Of a stretch of DNA of 56,198 nt, positions 16,729 to 25,298 are shown one piece after another (the stretch's first letter is position 1; the number at the start of each line of letters is the position of its first letter). The translations under genes and the position numbers were made by a program. The stretch spans positions 1 to 56,198 of the forward strand of contig JAVHRR010000006.1 of assembly GCA_036171775.1 (NCBI GenBank), given 5' to 3'. The DNA is from Minisyncoccota bacterium. Lineage in GTDB: Bacteria > Patescibacteriota > Minisyncoccia > Phycocordibacterales > GWA1-40-21. Under the pieces are notes generated by a model. It was not told where the DNA came from and did no database searches. It saw nothing but the letters and a program-made list of their open reading frames with translations.

Positions 16729-18019
16729 ATATGTTTTTGATTAGTTTTGCTTTTTTGCCCGACACCTTTTCATAATGATTTATTATGAGCTGACAAAAAA
16801 CGGGTTCAAGTTCACAAACGTAAGCAACTCTTTTTAATTGTTCGCATGCCACCAAAATACTTCCTGAACCTGCTGTTAGATCAAGTACTACATCTCCAAC
16901 CCTTGTACATCTCTTAAGGGCTTTGTAGTGCAATAGAGGGCTCTTTTCGGTCGGATGTGAGTATTGATTACTAGGTAATCTCTTTACCAACATAAGATTT
17001 GAGTTATCACTAATCTCTTGGTGCAAATCGTTACCATTTGTCATATCTTTGTTTTGAATTTCATTCAGATCATTAAATCTCTTACATAAGTATGGTGATC
17101 CTACTGTTCCATATACGGCAAATTCAGTCGCTTTATTGAAAGCTACTGTTGGTGTCGGTGATGAATTGTTTTTTATCCAGACCAGTAATCTTTTTGAATC
17201 TATACCTAATTCTTGATATAAAGTTTGAAGCAGCCACACGTATCTTTCGTCGCACCAGAATATAACATGGGCATCTTTTTTGGTTACAGATAAAGCATTT
17301 TCCAAAAGAGTTCTGACAAAAGTTTTATAATCTTCATTAGTTTTATTGTCATTAGTAGTTCCACCATAGTGTTTCTTGTTTCCAACGCCCTTATTATATG
17401 AGAGGCCTATATTAAATGGGATATCATCGTCAACAAAGTCCGCCCTCACACCATTCATTAGCTCATTCACTATTTCTTTATTAAGAGATGAACCACAAAT
17501 AAGTCTGTGTTTACCCAGTTCAAAAAGATCTCCTTTTTTTATTTTAATTTTACTTCTTTTTATTTTCTTAAGTTCCTCTTCATCACTCCATTCGCTATTT
17601 GTTTCTTTTGGTTTTTCATCAAATATGTGGCTCAAATCTAAATCATCAAATCCAGCAAGTTTAAGATCGTCGAGATCAAAGTCTGTAGAAAGCATTGACC
17701 AATCCCAAGATCCTCCTGATCTATTTGAAGTTAAAAGATAATCTTTAAACTCTGCTTTTGTGAGTTGCCTAGACGGAACTCTAACTTCTATTTTTTCTTC
17801 ACCTCGACCGAGCAATATCAAAGCTTGAATCCTCTGATGACCCGCAACGATAACCCCATCCTTATTGATTGCAGGTAGTTCAGCTACATTGAACTTACTT
17901 AAACTTCTCTTGAGACCCTCCATTTGCTCTTCGCTAATAACACGGGGATTTTTTGCATAAGGTAGTAAATCCTTAACCTTTCTTAATTCTGTACACCAAA
18001 CTATTTTATTATTTTTCAT
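16715..18019 (-). CDS. ParB-like nuclease domain fused to a DNA methyltransferase (phage type)
   Basis: 434 aa. ParB-N block is AELPAINKDGVIVAGHQRIQA and the linker is DLFELGKHRLICGSS. It has a degenerate motif IV (DDDIPFNIG) and motif I (VVLDLTAGSGSILVACEQL), in beta-class order. Confidence 0.8.
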   Translation of the reverse strand: MKNNKIVWCTELRKVKDLLPYAKNPRVISEEQMEGLKRSLSKFNVAELPAINKDGVIVAGHQRIQALILLGRGEEKIEVRVPSRQLTKAEFKDYLLTSNRSGGSWDWSMLSTDFDLDDLKLAGFDDLDLSHIFDEKPKETNSEWSDEEELKKIKRSKIKIKKGDLFELGKHRLICGSSLNKEIVNELMNGVRADFVDDDIPFNIGLSYNKGVGNKKHYGGTTNDNKTNEDYKTFVRTLLENALSVTKKDAHVIFWCDERYVWLLQTLYQELGIDSKRLLVWIKNNSSPTPTVAFNKATEFAVYGTVGSPYLCKRFNDLNEIQNKDMTNGNDLHQEISDNSNLMLVKRLPSNQYSHPTEKSPLLHYKALKRCTRVGDVVLDLTAGSGSILVACEQLKRVAYVCELEPVFCQLIINHYEKVSGKKAKLIKNIYEEK

Positions 18020-18105
18020 ATAAATAAAATTAACGCACCTAATAATGCGTTAATAATATAGAAAGTCAGTTATCCACTGATGACAGTAAGCTACGTAAAT
18101 TATTG

Positions 18106-18921
18106 TCACTCAATATTACCTATATATTTCTTCGTTCTTTTCCTAATTTGTCGAGTATTGTTCTTAATTTTTCGTTCTTTAACAATGTCTAAATTATCTA
18201 TAAGGGATTTATTTTTGATAGTTTCAGTTTTTTCAAAATCACTTAATTCGGGTTTTTGTTTATCAAGTTCTAAAAGCTCAATACCAAATTCAAAGTTTTT
18301 CTTTTTCCTTGATTGTGGAGTGCGTCCACCTGGTATCTTTAATTTCAGTTCTTTTAATTTTTTAGTAAATTTCTTGTTATCAAAATCTTTTGTGGTGGTA
18401 TCTGGAAAAATGTTATCAATAATTAGCTCATAAAATTGATACATCTCATTCCATTTTAAAGTTGGTTCTGGTAATGGTTTACTAGGGAAAGTGACTCTGG
18501 GATTCTCAAAAAGTAAGCACTCTTCGATATAATCTCGCCAATATATAGGCATACCAGAATTAAGTGTTATTTGATCAATATCATATGAAAATTTAAAATT
18601 TGGATTAGCAAAATTTACTCCTTGTGCATACCACTTAAAATCAAACTCTGTTATTTTTCTATCAAAATATTCCTGTCTTTTGTTTTTAATTTTTTGTTGA
18701 TGTTCTTTGTATTTTTCACTTTTATTATAAGCATTAATTTGTTTTACATGTTCCTTATCCCATTCATAGTAATCAGCAGAATTTTTGAATCCAAGTTGAG
18801 GAATACCCCAAGCGATCCTAAATTTCAAACATCCTTTTGATTTTTGGAATTTTGTACGAAAGCTAAAAGCTACCTGATAGTCAGTTGAGTGTATTTTTTT
18901 TTCAAAATCGTTTAGATCCAT
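18106..18921 (-). CDS. Hypothetical protein (271 aa), basic C-terminus
   Basis: Long ORF in the minus-strand gene string. No family recognised. Confidence 0.6.
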   Translation of the reverse strand: MDLNDFEKKIHSTDYQVAFSFRTKFQKSKGCLKFRIAWGIPQLGFKNSADYYEWDKEHVKQINAYNKSEKYKEHQQKIKNKRQEYFDRKITEFDFKWYAQGVNFANPNFKFSYDIDQITLNSGMPIYWRDYIEECLLFENPRVTFPSKPLPEPTLKWNEMYQFYELIIDNIFPDTTTKDFDNKKFTKKLKELKLKIPGGRTPQSRKKKNFEFGIELLELDKQKPELSDFEKTETIKNKSLIDNLDIVKERKIKNNTRQIRKRTKKYIGNIE

Positions 18922-18981
18922 TTCTTTATTTGTTTTATCTATTATATGTATACTTAATAGTAATTTAAATCATCTATCAAA

Positions 18982-20232
18982 TCAATTTTTTCTTTTTTCA
19001 GATTGTCTTTCTTTGTAATTTTTCTTTCTTAAACTTAGATGATATTGGTGAAATTCATCATCATCCTTCTCATTATCCATCTGTGTAAATTGAAAGGAAC
19101 GCCCTCGTCTATATGGACCGCACATTTCCGCAAATTCGGCTTTAAACCACTCAAGCGTTAGATATTCACTGCCAGTGTTAGTTTCTATATTATATTCAGG
19201 ATCATCGGGTGTTCTTCCGTATTCATCCATAGCACCAGGACCTCCTGGCCCACCACCCCATATTATTTCTCCACCTGGATGAATGGGCCTTGGATCTGGC
19301 ATAAGTAAATACCCATTTCCAAAAGAGTTCCATTTCAAATCAGGTATCTTCTTTTCTGGATATAACCACTCTTCCTTAGCCGCAGCAATATATTTATAGG
19401 CTCTTTTTTTAATTATATAATTAATTTCACACACTTCTTGTTCTGTAAGATGTCTTTCAATTTGAGTATCAGTGATCTTATTAATCGTTGAATGAAAATA
19501 ATTTGGATTGGGACGAAGTTTTCTTTCTGATTGGTATGGATTTCTTACCCACGAAAGGTTTGTTAATATAAGAATCTTATTCAACGAAAGAGGAAATATG
19601 GTTTGAGTTGCTTGGAGCAAAACATCTGGATCACTAGAGCCACAACATAAATCAGATCCTGGTGGACATTTTCTATTATATACAGTCACAGGATGATCCG
19701 AAATAATAAATTTTGTATTTGAATTATAAGCATCAGCAATTTGCCAAACGCACTCAGCCCAAGTTGCGCCATAGATACCCTGTAATTCAATCATTTTGTT
19801 TAGAATAATATTTTTATTATTTGATCTAACTTTATTACCCAAAAAATTAAGACCTTTGGGGGTTCGAAGCTTTTGTGTACTTAAATATAGTATTATCTCA
19901 ATAAAATAATTTTTCCAATCTTCTGGAGGATATTTAAAATTTTCAAAATACTCTACCGCTCCTCTCCCTTTAATATCAATTTTTCCAAAAAAAGATCGTT
20001 CTATCTCAATAGACGTTATCGTTTTAAAATTTCTAGTATATAAATCCCTTTCACAAAAACTCGCTTTTGTACCTTGAATTCTTAAATCCTTATCGGTATG
20101 TTTAATCCCATTCGAATCAGTAAAACTACAAGGATTTAAATCTAAATAGCAGAGTTTATTCTCGTCATTTAATAAAAATTTCTTTTGATACCACTGTGGC
20201 ACATAGTGATTATTTCTGTAATCATTTGGCAT
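18982..20232 (-). CDS. DUF4238 domain protein
   Basis: 416 aa. The N-terminal NNHYVPQWYQKKFL matches the DUF4238 hallmark HYVPQFYL. Confidence 0.7.
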   Translation of the reverse strand: MPNDYRNNHYVPQWYQKKFLLNDENKLCYLDLNPCSFTDSNGIKHTDKDLRIQGTKASFCERDLYTRNFKTITSIEIERSFFGKIDIKGRGAVEYFENFKYPPEDWKNYFIEIILYLSTQKLRTPKGLNFLGNKVRSNNKNIILNKMIELQGIYGATWAECVWQIADAYNSNTKFIISDHPVTVYNRKCPPGSDLCCGSSDPDVLLQATQTIFPLSLNKILILTNLSWVRNPYQSERKLRPNPNYFHSTINKITDTQIERHLTEQEVCEINYIIKKRAYKYIAAAKEEWLYPEKKIPDLKWNSFGNGYLLMPDPRPIHPGGEIIWGGGPGGPGAMDEYGRTPDDPEYNIETNTGSEYLTLEWFKAEFAEMCGPYRRGRSFQFTQMDNEKDDDEFHQYHLSLRKKNYKERQSEKRKN

Positions 20233-20240
20233 TGTCTAGT

Positions 20241-20921
20241 TTAAATAAAAATAGAAATTATTATTAATAAAATACCAATCAAAAAGAAAATGCCTAGTAT
20301 GTGTGGCGTCCAATCTTTTCCTTTAATAAGTAGTGGACTTTTGGTAGTTAGTTTTGCTTCTTCTGTCTTTTTTGTTTCAAATAGTTTGTTCTTCTCAATT
20401 AGATATTGATCAAACGTTCCTTCTTTGAAATATTTTATAAGTAGATTATTTGCCTCACTTAAAAGTTCATTATTAAAATTTATTTGTCGAAATATTTGAT
20501 TATTTTCCTTTGTGTATATATAAAATATAAACAAAATAGAACCAACAACATTAAGCCCTAGAAAGACTAACCCCGTATATACAAACCCACTACTTTTAAA
20601 AATTGTTTGATTTGTAGAAGACAAAACTGACAATGCAACACCCATAATAGTTAGCGAAAATCCCGTGATGGTTATAAGAATTGTTCTAAAGGAGAATATA
20701 TTTTCATTTAAAACCAACCTCTTTTGTTCGGTGTTATTTTGTATAGATTCTCTAAGATTTTTTTCTTCCAATAAAAATTTAGGAGTTCCTCTGGTCAAAT
20801 CAAAAATAAACTTGGGAATCATTGGTTTGATACTTGCCAATATTGTCTTATCTATACCCATTTCCTTTAGTCCAAGAAATGAAAAAATGTCTTCTTTTTC
20901 CTTTTTATCCTTATTTACCAT
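20241..20921 (-). CDS. Hypothetical membrane protein (226 aa, about 4 TM helices)
   Basis: Ends 9 nt upstream of the DUF4238 gene and is first in the minus-strand string. No family recognised. Confidence 0.6.
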   Translation of the reverse strand: MVNKDKKEKEDIFSFLGLKEMGIDKTILASIKPMIPKFIFDLTRGTPKFLLEEKNLRESIQNNTEQKRLVLNENIFSFRTILITITGFSLTIMGVALSVLSSTNQTIFKSSGFVYTGLVFLGLNVVGSILFIFYIYTKENNQIFRQINFNNELLSEANNLLIKYFKEGTFDQYLIEKNKLFETKKTEEAKLTTKSPLLIKGKDWTPHILGIFFLIGILLIIISIFI

Positions 20922-21112
20922 ATTCGGAATACTAGCATAAAAACCCTTAATTTACATAGAAAAGTTACACTATACTGTAACCTTTTACCTATACTCCAGG
21001 TCACATTTGTAACTTTTTAATATAGGCACGAGAAGGCTCATTGTGATATAGTAAAAAGCGTTAATAAAGCTTTATGGGGTAATGAATAAATCATCTCTAT
21101 CTCGAGAAGGCT

Positions 21113-21157
21113 CACATTTCAAAAATCAGCACTTTAGGTGCTGATTTTTGAAATGTG
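21113..21157. repeat. Perfect 20-bp-stem hairpin
   Basis: CACATTTCAAAAATCAGCAC-TTTAG-GTGCTGATTTTTGAAATGTG. It is one of at least five consecutive hairpins in 21113-21280. Confidence 0.8.
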
Positions 21158-21266
21158 ACCTTAAGAAAGTGCTGGGAGCACTTTCGTCGGGGAATCGAAG
21201 CCCCATTGTGTATATTTTATGAGTGTATCGAAATAAAATATCCAATGGGGGTACTGACCATGTAAT

Positions 21267-21287
21267 GGTCGAATTTCCCCGTAATCA
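21267..21287 (+). repeat. Degenerate direct copy of the tRNA-Glu 3' end (att-like island border)
   Basis: GGTCGAATTTCCCCGTAATCA versus tRNA GGTTCGATTCCCCGTAAGGTCA. They share TTCCCCGTAA and flanking matches. Confidence 0.5.
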
Positions 21288-21464
21288 TTTAGTAACTTGT
21301 GACACTTCCAAAATAGCTATCATTTTGTATAAACAAAAGTACCCGCGACGGTAGTCGAGAAGTCCCGTAAGACTGAGGTATGATTTTTCAGTAGCTTTTC
21401 CTAAATAGATACGATAATGTATAAACATAATTGTACTCATGTTCCCAGTAGACCCCTAAACAAC

Positions 21465-21493
21465 TTGACAACCCATCTATTCTATACTACAAT
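21465..21493 (+). promoter_or_regulatory. Candidate sigma70 promoter TTGACA-17 nt-TACAAT
   Basis: Consensus -35 at 21465-21470 and -10 at 21488-21493, 30 nt before the ATG at 21524. Confidence 0.5.
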
Positions 21494-21523
21494 GTAGAAG
21501 CATTTCAAATTTTAGGAGGTATC

Positions 21524-21658
21524 ATGAATCAAATAATAACCGGTTTCCTGTACATGGTCGCTGGCGTCGCTGTAGGCTTAGTTATCATCGCGGCGCACCA
21601 GCTGATTTCTTATGTTCTCAACTATAAGAAAAAGAAGGTGGTAGAGGTTGAGTATTAG
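21524..21658 (+). CDS. Small membrane protein (44 aa), below the ORF-track cutoff
   Basis: AGGAGG at 21514-21519. Product is MNQIITGFLYMVAGVAVGLVIIAAHQLISYVLNYKKKKVVEVEY. It has its own promoter and terminator. Confidence 0.5.
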   Translation: MNQIITGFLYMVAGVAVGLVIIAAHQLISYVLNYKKKKVVEVEY

Positions 21659-21678
21659 GAAGTTATAAATTTGAAAGC

Positions 21679-21708
21679 AAAAGCCGGGGGTAATCCCCCG
21701 GCTTTTTT
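21679..21708. terminator. Bidirectional intrinsic terminator
   Basis: AAAAGCCGGGGG-TAAT-CCCCCGGCTTTT, flanked by A- and T-runs between convergent genes. Confidence 0.85.
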
Positions 21709-21715
21709 ATTGTGT

Positions 21716-22081
21716 TTACACAGCTACACCAATTTTCTGTTTATTTAATATTTCAATAATTTGTTCTGCTGCTTCAATATATAAGACATCGCTTTTCCCT
21801 TTTAGTTCAATGTATTTACTTTCTTCATTTTCTTTCTGTGCTTCTGTTGCTTGTTTTTTAAATTCATATCCCTTCATTATTTTTGAGCGAATTTCTGAAT
21901 TGTTTTCGTCATCAATAATTTTGGCAATCGCTTTGGCTGTTGGAATGTATTTTTCCATGGGCGCTACCTTACCGTGTTCGAAGCCAATTTTCTGAAACAA
22001 TAAAATCTGAAAGTCATTTCTTTCAGCATTTGGTATTTTACCCTTAATTACATTTTCCGTTGTTTCGTTTTCTATATTCAT
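21716..22081 (-). CDS. Hypothetical protein (121 aa)
   Basis: ORF downstream of murF. No family recognised. Confidence 0.55.
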   Translation of the reverse strand: MNIENETTENVIKGKIPNAERNDFQILLFQKIGFEHGKVAPMEKYIPTAKAIAKIIDDENNSEIRSKIMKGYEFKKQATEAQKENEESKYIELKGKSDVLYIEAAEQIIEILNKQKIGVAV

Positions 22082-22123
22082 ATATATGAATATTACAATA
22101 AATACAATTATTCAACAATCCTC

Positions 22124-23422
22124 CTATTTGATCAGCCACTCCTCTTCCTGCCTGACGAGCAAATCTTTAGCTTTCTCTGGCTCTAACATTATCTCTTCTA
22201 CCGTGCGTTCCATTCTTATCGCCTGTGAACCTTTTATCAAAATAATATCGCTTTCTTTTATAATGTCTTGTAAAAACTTTCCTGCTTCTACTGAACCTTC
22301 ACACTGAAAAATATTTTTTTCGCTCATAAGGGTATCGAGGGCTCCCTCAGCTGTTTTTCTAGACCTTATACCAACTGTAATCAAAATATCACAAACCTCG
22401 GCGGCAATTTTCCCAGCCTTATAATGTTCGTCGACAGAATGTTTTCCGAGCTCCATCATGTCGCCTATCACTGCAATTTTTCTACCTTTGTTTTTATTTT
22501 CTATGTGTTTTAGTGAATACAATGCAGAAGTTAATGCTGTCGGTGAGGAATTGTAAGTGTCATCTATTATTGTGGTTTTCTTTATACCATTTATTATTCT
22601 CATTCTTCCTCTGGACACTTCAAGATTGAGTAGAGCTTGACCAGCTTTTACTATATTTATTTTTTGTGTAAGTCCGACAGCAATTGCGGCTAAAGGAGAA
22701 TATATACTTTTAGCCCCGAGCGAGCCTTTTATCACAATTGGCACAATATTATCACCATTTTCAACTTTAAATGTTATACCTTCAATTTGTCCGTCCTCTC
22801 TGTAATAGTTTTTTGCTTCAGTGGCAATAAGATCTGCTTGCTTATCTGTACCATAAATAACAGAAACATTTTTAGATGCCTCTTTTATCTTTAATGAGTC
22901 TTCATCGTCTCCATTCACAACAAGAATACCGTCGTGCTTCAAAGCGTCAACTAAATATTTTTTTTCTTTTATTAGCTCATCTCTATTTTTAAAAAACTCA
23001 ACATGGGCAGGTACTTTTGCAAAAGAAGTAAGCACAACTATATTTGGCTTCAACCATTTTGAAATTTCTTTTATATCTCCCGGTCTACTTGCGCCAACTT
23101 CAAGTATTAACCATTGCGGATAATCATTTTTAAAAAAAATTAGATCTAAACCTTTAATAATGTTGCTCATCCATATAAGAGGATTCCACCAAGCATTTTG
23201 ACATCCTAAAATAGTAAGTGGTATGCCAATATCACTATTAAAGCTTTTTTCACTTTTTCTAACATAATAAGTACTAGACATGACAGCAAATATCGCGTCT
23301 TTCGTTGAGGTCTTACCTACGCTGCCCGTAACCGCAATTATTTGCGGTTTAAATTTTCGAATAACCAAAGCTGCTTCAAGTTTTAATATCGTTGATATTA
23401 TTTTTCTACAGATTGATTTCAT
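22124..23422 (-). CDS. murF: UDP-N-acetylmuramoyl-tripeptide--D-alanyl-D-alanine ligase
   Basis: 432 aa. It has the Mur ligase P-loop AVTGSVGKTSTKDAI and IDDTYNSSPTA, and sits in the dcw block after ftsI. Confidence 0.8.
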   Translation of the reverse strand: MKSICRKIISTILKLEAALVIRKFKPQIIAVTGSVGKTSTKDAIFAVMSSTYYVRKSEKSFNSDIGIPLTILGCQNAWWNPLIWMSNIIKGLDLIFFKNDYPQWLILEVGASRPGDIKEISKWLKPNIVVLTSFAKVPAHVEFFKNRDELIKEKKYLVDALKHDGILVVNGDDEDSLKIKEASKNVSVIYGTDKQADLIATEAKNYYREDGQIEGITFKVENGDNIVPIVIKGSLGAKSIYSPLAAIAVGLTQKINIVKAGQALLNLEVSRGRMRIINGIKKTTIIDDTYNSSPTALTSALYSLKHIENKNKGRKIAVIGDMMELGKHSVDEHYKAGKIAAEVCDILITVGIRSRKTAEGALDTLMSEKNIFQCEGSVEAGKFLQDIIKESDIILIKGSQAIRMERTVEEIMLEPEKAKDLLVRQEEEWLIK

Positions 23423-23427
23423 ATAAG

Positions 23428-23552
23428 ATACGAAAATTATGCGAATATTACGAATGGCTGCGAATAAAACTGACTATGACTCTTTATATATTTTAACATA
23501 TTTGTTTGAATTATTCGTAAACATTCGTATTATTCGTACGATATTCGTATAT
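23428..23552. repeat. Inverted arrays of the heptamer ATTCGTA (4 + 4 copies, about 10-bp phasing) in the ftsI-murF spacer
   Basis: TACGAAA/GCGAATA/TACGAAT/GCGAATA start at 23429, 23441, 23449 and 23460. ATTCGTA starts at 23513, 23523, 23532 and 23543. The 40-nt arms are about 31/40 complementary. Confidence 0.8.
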
Positions 23553-23555
23553 CGT

Positions 23556-25298
23556 TTATCTGTCCGGGGGTATTTGATAATAGTTTATCAAGAAATTCAC
23601 AATATTAAAAAATGGGTTTGTTAATGTTTGTGATGCATAATTAATATTTTTGGGTTCAACTGTATATAAAAATATTAAGAATTTTGGATTATATGCTGGG
23701 AAATAGCCGAAAAATGAGTGCAACCACTTATCAGGATAATATCCACCTCCGTCTTTAGCTGGTCTCGCGATTTGAGCAGTTCCTGTTTTTGCAGCTATAC
23801 TATAATTTTTCATTTTCATTGTTCCATACGAAAGTGCCTCATCAACAACTCTTACAAGCATGCGGGAAATTTCTTCTGATGTTTCCTTTTTTATAACCTG
23901 ATCAGCCTCATCTACATACGAAATGTTTTTAGATAGTCCCACTTTATAATCAATTCTTTTAACAACATGGGGTATTATTAACTTTCCACCATTTGCCAAA
24001 GTAGATAGCGCTCGTACAGTAATAATCGGAGTCATTGATATACCTTGTCCGTACGATGCTGTAGCGTACTCAATTTTTTTACTGTTATTTAAATTGTTTA
24101 ACAGGTTACCAATATTTCCTCCTGCTTCAGCAGGCAGATCAATACCAGTTTCTGAACCGATACCATATCTTTGCATGTATTCTAAAAACTTTTCTTTGCC
24201 CAAACTATTCATGACGAATGTTGCTCCTGTATTAAGAGAATTATTTAAGACACCTTGCATATCAATAATTCCTCTGCCTTTTTTATCAAAATTGTAAATT
24301 GTATGTCCGTCCATTTCTAAAAAACCCTTATCATCATAGGTTGTCTTTGCTGTAACATCTCCATCATCTAAACCAGCTGCCATGGTAAGTGTTTTAATAA
24401 TAGAGCCCATTTCATATGCATCTGAAACTAGAGGGTTCGAAAATACACTTACGTTTCCTTCTTTTTTAAAATCATTCAAATTGAATGTCGGAGATACTGC
24501 CATAGAATATATTTCACCTGTTTTAGGATCGATCACTATAGCTCCTGATATTTTAGAACTCCATTTATTTTGAGTATCACTTACTGTTTTTTCAACAAAG
24601 CCTTGAACTTCAGGATCAATGGAAGTGACAATGTTTCCTTCTCTTCCTTTGTCTTGAATGAAATTTTTATTGATGTTCGAAAATATTTCAGCAAACGCAT
24701 TTACATAAAGACCGTTGTCATCTCTTTTTAAATTATCATTATAATATTTTTCTAATCCATATCTACCCTCCAGATTTGTACCAGTATCATCAAATCCTAC
24801 AAAACCCACTACATTTGAGGCAAGACTATCTCCAGGATAATATCTCCAGTTTTGTTTTTCAACTATAAGTCCCGGAAGCTTCAGCTCATTAATTTTCTTA
24901 ATTTTTTCTTCTGGAACCTGTCTTGCTATTTCCTCATAGGGGTCGTTTACTTTTGATGCTTTTGAATAAAATGTACCAGCGTCCATAGGAAGTATTGCTG
25001 ATATTTTCTTGTAATACATTTCTGTATTTGTTGCCATCAATTTCGTATTCAGCGCCAAAATATATCCAGTTTCTAGACTAGCGGCCGAGATTAGACCTCC
25101 GTTTTTATCTTGAAAGAAAATACTTCCTCGGTCGTAAGTGTCTACAGAAATACTTGTGTATTGTCTATCAGCCTTTTCATTATAATTTTGTCCATAGACG
25201 ATTTGTAGAAAATACAGTCTTGTAACCATTATTAATCCAAAGATAACAACCAAACAAAATATAAACCTAACTTTATTTGGAAAATTATTAGTTTTCAT
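23556..25298 (-). CDS. ftsI: Penicillin-binding protein, division transpeptidase (FtsI/PBP3-like)
   Basis: 580 aa with an N-terminal TM helix, SxxK (GSIIKTLT) and KTGTAQ. It lies between the ftsL-like gene and murF. Confidence 0.85.
   Translation of the reverse strand: MKTNNFPNKVRFIFCLVVIFGLIMVTRLYFLQIVYGQNYNEKADRQYTSISVDTYDRGSIFFQDKNGGLISAASLETGYILALNTKLMATNTEMYYKKISAILPMDAGTFYSKASKVNDPYEEIARQVPEEKIKKINELKLPGLIVEKQNWRYYPGDSLASNVVGFVGFDDTGTNLEGRYGLEKYYNDNLKRDDNGLYVNAFAEIFSNINKNFIQDKGREGNIVTSIDPEVQGFVEKTVSDTQNKWSSKISGAIVIDPKTGEIYSMAVSPTFNLNDFKKEGNVSVFSNPLVSDAYEMGSIIKTLTMAAGLDDGDVTAKTTYDDKGFLEMDGHTIYNFDKKGRGIIDMQGVLNNSLNTGATFVMNSLGKEKFLEYMQRYGIGSETGIDLPAEAGGNIGNLLNNLNNSKKIEYATASYGQGISMTPIITVRALSTLANGGKLIIPHVVKRIDYKVGLSKNISYVDEADQVIKKETSEEISRMLVRVVDEALSYGTMKMKNYSIAAKTGTAQIARPAKDGGGYYPDKWLHSFFGYFPAYNPKFLIFLYTVEPKNINYASQTLTNPFFNIVNFLINYYQIPPDR

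Larger units (their letters stand above)
4396..21287. mobile_element. Accessory genomic island (probably composite: a recombinase-bearing R-M/defence part plus a prophage-like remnant) inserted next to tRNA-Glu
   Basis: It begins at the tRNA 3' end. The far border carries GGTCGAATTTCCCCGTAATCA (21267-21287), a degenerate copy of the tRNA 3' end GGTTCGATTCCCCGTAAGGTCA (4371-4392). Cargo is R-M genes, a serine recombinase, a terminase, a ParB-MTase and a DUF4238 protein. Confidence 0.6.

Noticed and set aside
23428-23552. Short repeat arrays (ATTCGTA heptamers; AGCTTNTT octamers at 45631-45723 and 54769-54936) considered as CRISPR arrays because a Cas2-fold gene is in the window.
   Set aside because: The repeat units are 7-8 nt with no unique spacers of 25-40 nt, there are no cas1 or effector genes, and the Cas2-fold ORF is 25 kb away in a different context.
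23439-23624. 61-aa plus-strand ORF in the ftsI-murF spacer.
   Set aside because: It is made almost entirely of the ATTCGTA heptamer arrays, runs into the ftsI 3' end on the opposite strand, and has no RBS.
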